64,000 nucleotides of DNA, taken from positions 673,359 through 737,358 of the forward strand of contig JAKMXF010000177.1 of the NCBI GenBank assembly GCA_024704765.1, written 5' to 3'. This stretch comes from Oopsacas minuta. Lineage: Eukaryota; Animalia; Porifera. How positions within the stretch are numbered: the first letter of the stretch is position 1; the number at the start of each line of letters is the position of its first letter. A model generated the notes under the pieces. That model had not been told where the DNA came from and did not search any database. It saw nothing but the letters and a program-made list of their open reading frames with translations. Shown one piece after another: positions 37,431 to 49,261 of this stretch. A program made the translations under genes and the position numbers.

Positions 37431-38439
37431 AAGTCAGAATAATAAGAAATAAGAGAGTGATTGATGCTAAGCAAATAATCAAAATGAAGCACGGTAAGAT
37501 GTAACTCATGCAACGAGTCTAAGTTGTCACGAGAGAACAATGTTGGCGTCGTATACAGTTTTTGAAATTTGTGAAATTTCATAGAGAGTACTGATAGGGA
37601 GGCGAAGTACTAAAAAGTATGAATACCATGCGCCTTAGGTACATAGAGCATACGCGTAAATAAAGTACTAGCGCGCTTCGATGCTAGATCGCTGCGTGAG
37701 ACAGCATAGAGCATCAAGTGGCCTAAGTATTAAACGGCTAGATTTCTTGATGCCTTTGGTCACTACGCGACGGGTTAAACTCAGACTAGGTGCCTCGGGG
37801 TAACCTTTTCGTGGAAATGCAAATTTGATATTATCCATGGTCCATCCAAATTCCAATTAATGGCCTACTGTGGAAATTACGTGGCTTTAGTAAACTGGGC
37901 ACTTGTATCTAGATTATAATGAATTTCCCAAAAAATATCGAGATTTGGAGAATTTTGAGATATTTTATAGATTCCTGATGACGTAATAATCCCATGATGA
38001 GTTTGCATTTGGTCAGAGTCATGTCGCCAGGACATGTGTCACATTGAAGGGTACCTGTGATTCAAATTTCAAACTTCTATCATATATATTGGCTGAGCAG
38101 TGGTTAATAATGTGATTTTTGTAATGCAAAAGAGGAACAATGACGTCATAATTTCGTCATTGATGTGAATTTTCGTCCAAGACTCGAAAATTTCCGAGTC
38201 AGGCTCAAACTACCCCTGTAGGCAAAAATCAGCCCTGGGAGTCTTCTAGTTTCTTCAATCAATTCTGAAAGTACACACAAATAGACATAGCCTATGAAAT
38301 AGATTAATTGCGTTTTAACTTTAATCACAAATAGAACCAAAATTACTGACTTTCCAACAGACGATAACACTTTCAAAACATAAAAAATTCCTCGATCCAG
38401 AGATAAAATGCATTTTAAGGTAGAAAAAATGTGTGAAAT

Positions 38440-38499
38440 ATTGATATACAATTGATATACAATTGATATATAATTGATATATAATTGATATACAATTGA
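38440..38499. repeat. 11-bp minisatellite
   Basis: ATTGATATA(C/T)A repeated about 5.5 times. Confidence 0.9.
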
Positions 38500-38859
38500 C
38501 TTTCAAATTAAGCTTGGAATCGATTTAAATATTTCCATTGAATTCTACGGTAAAATAAGATAGTTTGGGACTTATATATGAGTCATATTTTTCCAAAGAT
38601 AATTGAGGCTTAGGGACACAGTGTAGAGTATGTAGTCAAGATTAATTGATTAAGGAGATTTACAAAATAATGTGAAACTTAATAATGACACTTCTTTAGC
38701 TGATAACCAATTTCACATACCATCATATGATTTCTTACAAATTCTTTGAAATTCCTTTAATTCACGAAAATATCAGTACTTAAGATCTTGCTAACTGATT
38801 ATGTGATCAAAGGGATATACTTGGGAGGCTAGAAACTGGGCAGCTCCCCCCAATCTATG

Positions 38860-40290
38860 GTGGCAAAACCAACGCAACATTCCCTCATTGAACATCCAAC
38901 CGCTAGCTTTTAAAATTAGAAAGCTGTTGCCCTGGGGTCTCCTGTGTTATTTTTCACCAGTGCTCCGATTCTACGTATAATATCTTTCGCTCCATCACCA
39001 CAAGCCCCAATTGACTCAATACAAATCGGAGCAAAGCTATACGCAGAGATAAGTGAAGCATACTTTCGGCTTTTTGGGTGTTCAGCCTCACATGATAATT
39101 TCGGGCTCAACTGCTAGCGGTTGGCCTGTTAGAAGGAGCGAGTGTGTCATAGCAAGTAAAATGCCATAATAAACAATTTCCTTTTCCCATGGTATTAATG
39201 TCATTCCATCTGGTCTTTTCGCATCTTCCCGACAAATCTCAACCGGATTCAAACAGACCTCGTGATGGAAGGGAGGTCTAATAGTTTCATTAGCAGCCTG
39301 ATGTCTAGATATCCTCCCTTCACTCCTCTTACAGCCAAGATCATGACTCCCATTCCTATCCACCTTTACGCAGGTATGCTGTCTGCACCCAAGCGAAGTC
39401 CCACTGCGATGCGGATGGATTCGTCATTCTGTTTCGCATTTAACCATGCTTATCTCTGCTTAAGCTATTAAATGGGTTCTTGTAGTCAATTTTCAAGAGG
39501 ACACGTGGCTTCTCTTCTCCTGCGTTGTCCAAAAGTCTACGAGTGGCGTGAACTGCTGCCTCACACCCCCCAGAGGTTCCATAGCAAGTTGTATTGGTCT
39601 TAGTTTAGTCCCAACATCATCCGAAATGAGAAGGCTTACAGCTTTAGCTACCATACGTCGTAGTGTATTACCCACTGCTATAGGGCGTACACCCCCTACT
39701 AATTTCTTTTGAGCTATAAGGTTAGCACAATATAAAAGGGCTATAATTGGCGGTGGGACAGTCCTTACTAGCATCAAGTTAGTCAGATTGGTTAATGCTT
39801 GGAGGAGACTAGTTCCGACCTCACCGGTGTGTCAAGAAATTATTTCTTTCAAGTGTAGGGGCCTCATTCTGCAGCAGATACAGGTTTGAAAGTTCGTATA
39901 ACTTCCTCAATAATATCCAGGTGACAGTTAAGGATTTGTAGGAGCAGTCAGGGGCTGGAGGATGTTTATCCTGAGTGCTTTTAGGGTATCTTTGTCTAAG
40001 GGGGCCAGTGACATCTCCTTCCTCTAATTTTAACTTGACTCTCTTCTTTAGATTTTATTTTGATTATCCGACCGATATAGATTTCCCTGCTCTGCTTGGA
40101 GACTGAGGTGAGAGGCAGACTAGAGCCTGAAGCATAAGCTTCGATTTATTGACGTTGTCAGTGAGATCTTATTCTGTATCGATTGGGGAGCGGTAAGAGC
40201 GCAAGAGGCGAAGTAGTTTATGCCATTTGACAATACACGAGTGTACTCTTCAATCGTTTGTCCCAGTCCCTGGGCGGTTAGAATCCGCGC
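38860..40290 (-). mobile_element. CRE-clade (restriction-like endonuclease) non-LTR retrotransposon remnant
   Basis: KLEEGDV, GGVRPIAVGNTLRRMVAK and RPDGMTLIPW motifs plus FAPICIESIG; most of the RT is deleted; stops and frameshifts. Confidence 0.75.
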
Positions 40291-40784
40291 TCTTTTAGGG
40301 TTATATATATATATATATATATATATGCCGTATTATTTTTGTATTCCTACCATATTGCATAAGGCAGTATAGACAACACCCTCAAAACCTCTTACCGCAA
40401 TTTCCACATAGCAGTCTTGGGCAGCTATCTGCTTATTACAATTAGCCATAGTTCTGTAGATGCAGGAGCCTGGGTAACTTGTGAGTATCCTGTTTGATTT
40501 TTGTAGTATCCTCTAGGAAGACGTATGCAATTGGAACATACGATACCTGTTTTAGTGCAAGAATAGCTTATGCAACTTCCCACTTTGCATCGACAATGGT
40601 GCATGAAGGTAAGATTTCAACTGTATGTAGGTTAGTGTTATTAAAGTTTGTAGAAGTTATATAAAGCTAATAGCTAATTCTGTAAGATTTATGTGAAGAA
40701 TTTGTAGTAAAGTTTGTAAACATATCAAATTGTAATTATATTGTTTGATGGATTATAAATCCGAGCAGAGCGAGGAAAAATAAA

Positions 40785-40952
40785 AAATTACAATCTCTGC
40801 CGACAGATTTGTCTATTAATAAAATTTGTTTAAAAAAGTGGCACTATTAATTGGAGGCGCAATGAAAGATTAGTTTAATTCCAATACACATAGTGCCACT
40901 TTTTTAAACAAATTTATTAATAGACTAAGCTGTCGGCACAGATTGTAATTTT
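40785..40952. repeat. Palindromic MITE, family copy 1
   Basis: ~60-bp inverted arms AATTACAATC...AAGTGGCACTA; related copy at 51488-51686. Confidence 0.8.
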
Positions 40953-41282
40953 ATTAGTTCCATATCCACCTTACAGCTGACACTATTTATAATTAACAGC
41001 TGAAATTTTGTCTATGAGTTCATTGTGGCCTTTAGCTTGGCACCTAGGTATAAGATTTCGACCTGACACAATATGTCACTTTTAGTGCCACCACCAAATT
41101 ATACCCCTTAGATTCAGAAAACTATTTTCCAGATTATAGCAGCTCAAGAATTTGCATATCACTTAACATTTTAAACAAATAAGTATATAGGACAATCCTG
41201 GGTGTTATTATTACGCCTATGATTAGGCTTAGTTACATATTAATCATTTCACTCTCAGCAACTTGTTTAATTAATTACCATT

Positions 41283-42272
41283 TCATATTTTCAATGGTTT
41301 CATGCCTAAAGAGGCTCTCAATTCATTTTGCTGTCTGATTTCTTCCAGTTCATCTCTGGAGTATTTCTTTTCAATGTCACCAACCTTTCCAGAACGTTCG
41401 TCCCTATCTCTCTTTCTGTCTAGAGCTGGATCGTGATCTCGTTTGTCCCTCCTCTTGAAAGTAGGAGAGCGAGAGCGGGACCTGCTCCGAAATCGATCTC
41501 TCTTTCTTTCAGAGTATCTGCTGTGTCTGTGTCGAGAGCTATGATCTTTACTACTTCTATAAGGTGACTGATCATGCCTCCTATGATGAAAATCAGGAGT
41601 TCTGCTTTTATACTTCTCCTTTACCCCCCTAGACTTAGTATCAACACTCTCTTCACTATCAGAATTGTCTGTCTCATTGTCACTCTGACTAATGTCCCCA
41701 TCTCCTGTGATATCATCTTCTAAAGGGGATATTCGAGGGGGTAGAAGTTCAGACTCCTCGAGCACCCATCTCTTCTGTAATCTAGGGAGTAGAATACTGA
41801 ACACCCGCTCCTCATTCAGTAGGTCATCTATATACTCATCCATATGCGTTAGTACGAATTTCCCTTCAACATTCTTATATTTCATCTTTCGATAATCAAT
41901 GTAAAGAGGGTCTAAATATTTGTAAATATCCACAGAAGTACCCACTAGACGCATATAGTACGCTCCCAAGGCTCTCACATACTTATAGTCAGAACGTCGA
42001 ATAAACTCAACAATTATATCTTTGCTAGGTTGGATTTGAAGCATTTTCAGTACAAGACAGATGAAAGGGGTGATTTGTACATTTTGGGCGAATGTACCAC
42101 CTATGTGATCAATTGCCATTGCTTTGTCTACCAGGAGCTCAGCTGTCAGTCCAAAGCAGTCCTCTTTCCAATAACGGCTATCATATATTCGTGTACGTAT
42201 AATCTTCTCTATCAAGTATTGAGGGTTCGTACCACGTATAGCAGTTGCTTCCTTTATAGTTCTGTTAGCCAT
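41283..42272 (-). CDS. PRPF38A: Pre-mRNA splicing factor 38A (intronless)
   Basis: MANRT...RGTNPQYLIEKIIRTRIYDSRYWKEDCFGLTAELLVDKAM, QIQPSKDI and YVRALGAYYMRL; RS-rich tail. Start taken at the second Met. Confidence 0.95.
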   Translation of the reverse strand: MANRTIKEATAIRGTNPQYLIEKIIRTRIYDSRYWKEDCFGLTAELLVDKAMAIDHIGGTFAQNVQITPFICLVLKMLQIQPSKDIIVEFIRRSDYKYVRALGAYYMRLVGTSVDIYKYLDPLYIDYRKMKYKNVEGKFVLTHMDEYIDDLLNEERVFSILLPRLQKRWVLEESELLPPRISPLEDDITGDGDISQSDNETDNSDSEESVDTKSRGVKEKYKSRTPDFHHRRHDQSPYRSSKDHSSRHRHSRYSERKRDRFRSRSRSRSPTFKRRDKRDHDPALDRKRDRDERSGKVGDIEKKYSRDELEEIRQQNELRASLGMKPLKI

Positions 42273-42732
42273 TAGCAGGATTGAATGGCTAGTCCTCTGA
42301 ATTATTTTGTTAAACAATCATCAAACAAAATAGTCAATTTAGTGCAGGGAAGGCTAACCTTTTGCACCCTGCGGGCCACATTTGAGGATTTGATATATTG
42401 GATGGCTATTAGCCACTATCTTACTTCAATTTTCTAAACTGATATTAATAGTTCTATGTAGAAGGTAAAGGTTTTGGTGGCTTAACTAAGCTGCTTTGCT
42501 AAGCCACCAAACCACCCAATTTGTCGTGCACTGCAAAAAAAAGATCTCATTTTCAGCAAACTGAATTTAATTTTAATCCTATGTGGATACTTCTATTAGG
42601 ACCACTGAAGTGGTTCATTCTATTAGAATATTCATAGCAAGCTGATTCACGTTAAGCATGTAATATTAGTTCAGGAATTATTTTGATGCTCCGCGGCCCC
42701 AGGTTGGCCATCCCTGATGTAGTGCATAGTAC

Positions 42733-44120
42733 CAGGGGCGGTGCTAGCGCAGCAGCCTCAGGGGAGCGGGTTGATATGTTGGGTGCGAACCCCATAATTG
42801 TAAATATAAATCACAAATTCAGTACCAAAGTATATAACCAATGCGCATATGCAGCCGTAGACAGCCAGATTCTCCTTCGATAGAAATCTCCTCTGCAGTC
42901 TTGCCAAAGTCTTATTGCACATCGGCATAAATACTTCTCTATGATAGTCTTCAAACGACCTCAACCCAGCAGGACAACCATGAACTGCGGAACTCGGCGC
43001 AAATGGCCCTGAGGAAGATCTGCTGCCTGCTTGTAGATATCCTCCTGTACTTTGTCTGCCAGTGGAATCTAAGGCCACTCCAGCCATGAGCAGACTGTTT
43101 TGATGACTTGTAGGAACTTCTCTAGAGTCTCGCTCTTACCTTGGAGCTTCGCACTGGCATCAGCACAAATTTTGAGTAGGAACTTAAATATACACAAGTG
43201 GACCACGAAGCTGGTATTGAGTTGCGTCATCAGGCTCCGCGGACTAGCGCCGCGTTCTCCGGAAACTTAAAATGAGATCCTCTAGAACATCGATAACTGC
43301 TGGAAGAGTGGCTGAGAGAGTCTCACAGGCATCATGGCGACACATCCAACGCGTATCGGAAAAAGAGGGTATCTCGAGAGGTTGGGAATCAGGAAAGCGG
43401 GACCTCTGAACCTTGACGTACAGTTCGTGGCCAATTGGCGAGGAGAGGAAATTGTGCAACGACTGCAGCAGTGCGAAGAGGTCTACCGCCCTGGCTGTAT
43501 CGTGCACAACATCGACGATGACTAAGTTCAATATATAGGCAAAACAATGTACATAAAAGGCTTTAGGGTAGAGCTCACTGATTCGCGCCTGGACTCCAGT
43601 GCATCGCCCACTCATCACAACTACACTATCGAAGCACTAGCGACACAAAAGAAGATCAATTCTACAATCTCGAAGACTTGTCAGCAGAGTTTCGCACAAA
43701 CCAGCAGCGAAGAGACTCCCACAAGTTGCAAGAAACGACTATTCGATTCTTCCCGTGGATCCCATCCTCCTGCACAACGTACCTCAACACAAGTGACATC
43801 TGCTCCTTGTGGCCAGTATCACGAGACTCATCAGCTATGATGGCGTAATAGTTTACATTCGTTTCAGCAGCTCTGGTCACTCAACATAGCTGTGACATTC
43901 CTCGGGTCGTCAGGCCGCCACTGCGTGCTTATGAGCGTCACTGAACAGTTGTGCTCGAAAAACTTCTCAATGGCCTTCTTCCAATTGCTGAACCCCGTCG
44001 CACACTTCGCTGATCTCACATTGCCCAGGTCAAACTGTTTGCAAGCATAACAGACCGCAGAGTCACGTGTTTGAGAATACTTGTGTCACACCGAATCCTT
44101 AAACCATTCTTTGCAAAACC
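42733..44120 (-). mobile_element. hAT (ZMYM1-like) transposon remnant
   Basis: Terminus CAGGGGCGG; TTF-type zinc finger (GFSNWKKA), IIADESRD...EQMSLVLRYV, YVHCFAYILNL and SDTRW motifs. Confidence 0.75.
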
Positions 44121-44747
44121 TGATTTTTTCGAATAAATTAGCTATAAGTAGAAGTTACCTTTTGAATAGATTAGAGAAGTAAGTTTCCACAAAATGTGAG
44201 AGGGCGAAACTCCCTCACGCTTTGAAAAAGAGCCCAGCATGGCCTGATATTTTTGTTATGGCAACGCCGCAAAATGCGGCCTAAAATGACTGCTTCATGA
44301 CACAGCAATATTCAAATTTACTCTACTAAAACCGATTACGGTCAATGTGTTACGTTCATAACGAATAGGCCATTTCCTGTTAACCAATTCCCGCACCCAA
44401 ATCGAGATTTTAGCACCTTATTGACGTCATAAAATCACACATTTTCCCGACTGTATTCGGTAAATATACAATCAATAATACTTTTGAGAGATTGGCAAAA
44501 AGGTGTTACAAGTTATAGTTAATAATTATTTGCACCTCAGTATACGATTATACCAGGAGAAGGACAGACGTCATACAACGTGGGCACAGCTACTCCCATT
44601 CAGAGTCGCACTAAAACTAAGACAATGATTTGAAATAATGAATTGAATATCACAGGAGAAATGAGGAAAACACAACTAAAAACAAGCATAATTATGGGAA
44701 ATTTATAATATCTTTAAAGTTTATCATGATTCTTGCTGGATACCGGC

Positions 44748-45629
44748 CTAGTAATCCAGGGCACATGCTTTAATCTTCATTTCAATAGGGTAATGTTTAC
44801 TGATAGCAAGAGATCTGGATAAATCTATTCCTAACACTCGACTAAAATTATATACCTGAATATCAGAAATTCCTCCCAAAATAGTCTCATAGAAAACAAA
44901 ATTATCATAGGTACATGTATGGTTTTGATAAACTGAAGTACTGTTAATTCTTTTCTTTAACCCAAAGGAGAAGGAAGGATCTGTGTAGAAATACAACTTC
45001 TTGAACTCATCATCTGATAGATAACTACAATCAGCATTTAAGTTGCCGAGTATAATTCCATCTGTTGTACCAAATGTAAGATAGTTTGAACGAAAAGTAT
45101 AATACAGACTTTGAAGTTCATTGTAGGTATCTTTAGAATAGGCGTGTATAGCCTGAAGCCAGAAAGAAGAACAGCTAGAACAGTTAGTCGGTAAGAATAG
45201 AGCTGAGAATGGAGACCTCATAAAACCACCCTTGTAGACAGGGTATTGATAGGAATCTATTAAAGATACTCTATAGGGTTTATAGAAAAAACTGTACTGT
45301 TCTGTTTGTATCTTACCTAATCGAATGCTAATAACTTGTTTATATCCAGAAGTCTTGGGTAAAGTGGAATTGAGTTGATGTAGCAACGTGTTGGTAACAT
45401 TATTGACTGAATTATCTGGATCTGTTAACCCAACGAGTAATACAATATCGTATCTCTTTATTGTAGTAACTATAGTCTCCAAAATTTCTTTATTTCTGCA
45501 TTTATCTGAATCAAAACTATCAAAGCTAAATGAGGCTACTTTAAGTGTTGGACACGTGTTTTGTTGAATTTCGAGGGCAGAAATTTGATAAACCATGAAA
45601 GCAAAGTTGATAAATAATAGCAGTGACAT
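44748..45629 (-). CDS. Secreted DNase I-family protein with substituted catalytic/metal ligands
   Basis: Signal peptide; LKVASF, RYDIVL, NADCSY, CTYD and ISKHYPIE align to DNase I motifs; intact 293-aa intronless ORF. Confidence 0.88.
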   Translation of the reverse strand: MSLLLFINFAFMVYQISALEIQQNTCPTLKVASFSFDSFDSDKCRNKEILETIVTTIKRYDIVLLVGLTDPDNSVNNVTNTLLHQLNSTLPKTSGYKQVISIRLGKIQTEQYSFFYKPYRVSLIDSYQYPVYKGGFMRSPFSALFLPTNCSSCSSFWLQAIHAYSKDTYNELQSLYYTFRSNYLTFGTTDGIILGNLNADCSYLSDDEFKKLYFYTDPSFSFGLKKRINSTSVYQNHTCTYDNFVFYETILGGISDIQVYNFSRVLGIDLSRSLAISKHYPIEMKIKACALDY

Positions 45630-46303
45630 GTTTAGAGGATATTACTAGTGTTGGTAAACAAAAGTTATAATACATTGGGTTTCCAATCCCGCGATCTCGA
45701 GATCTGGAGCGTTAAGAATTCTCGGGCTACATAATACGTACACATTACACCGTTGTACATGGATGTCAGCAGGAAGGCCGAATAGTTTTGTAATATTTTC
45801 GGATAAGATGAACAAATATTTACACAAAATCAGGTCATTACAATTTTTTTGAAATTGAGATCTCTGTTAATAGCTAGTCCGGATTAGAGCACAATTTTGG
45901 AAGGTCCGCTCGTGTAAGTATTAACGAGTGTCTACTAAAGATTCATATTTTAGAATATAATGGTTGATAATTCGTTGCACTATAATTATGCAATACATCT
46001 ATTCGGCAAAAAATGCGACGTTTCTGCAATATAGAAATCACTAAATTTTGTTTTACCCGGCTAACTCTAGCCCAAAATCCACAAGTTACTGTTACTCTGT
46101 TAGGCCTTATGTATAGTAGGCTATGGCATAAGTATATTTATAAACAAAACTATGTGAAAAAAGAAAAATTACTAAAAAGCTTAACAATAAATAGAATGTA
46201 CAATAGCACCCTATGAAAATATACGTACATTTTCACTAGTATATCACATCTAATCAAGTGTTTGTCTCTCCTATGTATAACTAAATATTCCGATACTAAT
46301 AAG

Positions 46304-46305
<2 letters not shown>

Positions 46306-46383
<78 letters not shown>
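46306..46383. repeat. (CA)n microsatellite, about 39 units
   Basis: Directly visible perfect repeat. Confidence 0.98.
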
Positions 46384-46386
<3 letters not shown>

Positions 46387-46416
46387 TACATACTATACAA
46401 ACTAAGCTAGCACTCG

Positions 46417-48069
46417 CTATTTCTTAGATGCATCGCTCTTCTTCAGATCTACATATCGAGCGAAATAGTCATCAGTATGTAACAATGCTCCTTCCACCCA
46501 GCCTTGTTGAAGTGAATAGGTTTCGCCAATGATTGCAATATTCTTCCCTAATAAATTGTACACCCCAGGTGAAATCTTACCGTCATCTGATGAAACCTTC
46601 CAAGCGTGTGGACTATCACCGAAACGTGGTTCTGTCCAATGTGTGTAAGTAGCGAGAACTGGATCTGGAGGTGTTATAGGATTTTTGGTGCATAAAATCT
46701 TATTTGAACCCTGTTTATCTGGAGAGTAATTCGGCATTTGAAACAGCTGAGTTAGTTCATCCATTATAGCCTCTACAACTATTTTCTTTGCCAAAACAGA
46801 ATCTTCTGGGGCTTTGACATTATCCTTCGGGATAAAGTCCTCACCGATTGACTGCATTGAGTGCCAGTAGAAGCTACTTTGATAGTCACAGTAAATAGTC
46901 AGAGATCCTGGCTGATCACTGGTACCTTTTCTTACTTTAGGATCTCTTATCGAATTAAATATATATACACTTCCCAGATTTAAATCTGTAAAGCTTGGAC
47001 CATCACTGAATCCTAACTGATCCCACCATTGACTCTCAAAATAGATGTCAATTTTAGTGAGAGAGAGAGAAATTACGGAATCAACATATGAGGAAAAATT
47101 GGCTGCTTGATTCATCCAGTCGTTTTTCTCGGCTAAAGATTGCAATGCAATTTTAGGTAGAGCAAGTATGCACCTATTACATCTGATAGTTCTATTGAAT
47201 GGTTTTGAAGAATTCGAATCACAATATTGAATCTTAATAGGGTAAATTTTGTTAGTATCATCTTCTCTCAATATTTGGACTTCACATAGCAACTTTACCT
47301 TTGCTCCTTTCTCCGTAATTATTTTGCACAGTGATATTGGTAGTTGGTTATAACCGTAAAGAAGAGTATAAAATTTGGGGTCTGAAGAGAAATCAAGAGT
47401 CAATTGAAATCCAACACCTGCATTAATATTACGATTAAACACACTTTTGAACCCAATAGTCTGCTGTATCATTCTAATGCTTTCATATGTTAAGCCCATC
47501 TTGCGCAAGAGAAAACCAAAATCCCACTCGTATAATTTTTTCCCTAATATATCCCAGTTCAATCGAGCATACTGCCATTCCTGTGGAGTAGTTGGACTCT
47601 TATGCCCATTCAGATCGACTATCCTTTGAAATACGGAATTTAGCAATATATCTGGGAGTGGATTTGCCTCAATCTCTTTCTTTGTCAGTTCAGTGTTGAA
47701 AATATCATACCAAACTAGGTTCTCTCTAGCTTGTTTATTGGTAAATCGGCATCCTCTGACGTTATTCAAATTTGCATCACTGGCCATTTGAAAATCTACA
47801 ATCTGATCTCCTAGTCCAACTTCTTTGATTATTTTCTCGGTCAATGTTTTTGACATGAAACGCATCCCTCCTTCTTCTTGCTTAATTACATATCCTCCGA
47901 TATCTACTAGATCACTTTTCAGCAGGCCTCCAACTCTATTTAATCTTTCTAACACAAGTATACGCTTTGGATCAAATCCATATTGGATAAATTGGTATGC
48001 GCTATAAAGGCCTGCTACTCCTGCACCTACTATTATGATGTCGTAATTTTCATCTTCTTTCTGAGCCAT
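46417..48069 (-). CDS. Flavin-dependent amine oxidase / L-amino-acid oxidase family protein (550 aa)
   Basis: GAGVAG dinucleotide-binding motif, ERLNRVGG, EEGGMRF and C-terminal GETYS...GWVEGAL; no signal peptide; intronless. Confidence 0.88.
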   Translation of the reverse strand: MAQKEDENYDIIIVGAGVAGLYSAYQFIQYGFDPKRILVLERLNRVGGLLKSDLVDIGGYVIKQEEGGMRFMSKTLTEKIIKEVGLGDQIVDFQMASDANLNNVRGCRFTNKQARENLVWYDIFNTELTKKEIEANPLPDILLNSVFQRIVDLNGHKSPTTPQEWQYARLNWDILGKKLYEWDFGFLLRKMGLTYESIRMIQQTIGFKSVFNRNINAGVGFQLTLDFSSDPKFYTLLYGYNQLPISLCKIITEKGAKVKLLCEVQILREDDTNKIYPIKIQYCDSNSSKPFNRTIRCNRCILALPKIALQSLAEKNDWMNQAANFSSYVDSVISLSLTKIDIYFESQWWDQLGFSDGPSFTDLNLGSVYIFNSIRDPKVRKGTSDQPGSLTIYCDYQSSFYWHSMQSIGEDFIPKDNVKAPEDSVLAKKIVVEAIMDELTQLFQMPNYSPDKQGSNKILCTKNPITPPDPVLATYTHWTEPRFGDSPHAWKVSSDDGKISPGVYNLLGKNIAIIGETYSLQQGWVEGALLHTDDYFARYVDLKKSDASKK

Positions 48070-49261
48070 TATGCTATATTAAATGATACAAACGTAATTG
48101 TAACAGTAATTTGTATATTGAGTAGGGATTTTAGCTAGGAGGAAATTTAGAGCCATGCATTGAGGATAACAACCAACCCGAGCTTTCCCCTGATATTTTA
48201 GTGTAAGGTGGCCTGCGAATAATTTGTACTGGACCTTCCAAACCTTAATTGCCTCGCTTTTTTGTAGTCCAGGCTAATACAAATACCGCGATGACCCGAC
48301 GAATTAGTGTATTCCGTCCGGCTTTATCCTTTCACTCAGGTTGGCGAGTATGAAATAGAGTCACGCTTTTTGCAAAGGTGAAGACACTGGACATAGCTAA
48401 AATTGACCCAAAATACTGGACACCCTAATGTTGACTCAGAGTTGTGGATTTCGTGTATACAAGCGCTATTGTTTGCTAGGACGCTGTGCGACAGCTTAGG
48501 TATTAAACAGCTACATTTTATGATGTTTTTGGTCGGTACGAGACCGAATATACTCTGCACTACATCCCAATTCTATTCGTTTCTATACAAAATATAAGAA
48601 AATTGTAATGATTATGTTACTGAGTTATATAGCACAGACCATGGAGGGTACAATTTTGTCAATTTCACTTACAACTCGATATTAGTGGAAAATTGTGTAA
48701 AATCAGTGTAGCTATTTGTAAGAGATATCATATCAAAATGTGTTATTTGGTCATGGGAAGTCGGATGTATACTATAACATGTGACGCAATAATGAAAATG
48801 CCTATTTATGGTCATTGTCAATATTACGCAATAATCTTCATATATTTCATATCAAATGTATTATTAGGATATGGGAAGTCGGGTGTATACTATAAAATGG
48901 CTATAATGATTTATAATAATTTCGAAGATTATCGAGTAATAATTAGATATTGTGGAATTCCATGTCAAATCATCCAGTCGTTCCACCAACCTCAACCGAT
49001 TTGTGTAACAGTTGGTGTGTGACAAGCTACAGTGCAACCGTGATTATCCAGACATGCGCATGCCCCAGGGTCACAGGTCATAATTCACTATGTATAAATT
49101 ACCTCGATTGTCAGGACGCTTATGACAGGTCCCAACGAGTCCATGTAATCGCGGTTGTACTGTATCAACATCAGTGTAGTAGGGAGCCCATGGAAAGTGG
49201 GGTGGGCCATGTTAGCATAGTAAAATTAAGGGGCGACTATGCTGACTCATGGCCCATAGAA

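Noticed and set aside
46150-46383. ORF with a VCVCVC tract
   Set aside because: It is a translation of the (CA)n microsatellite.
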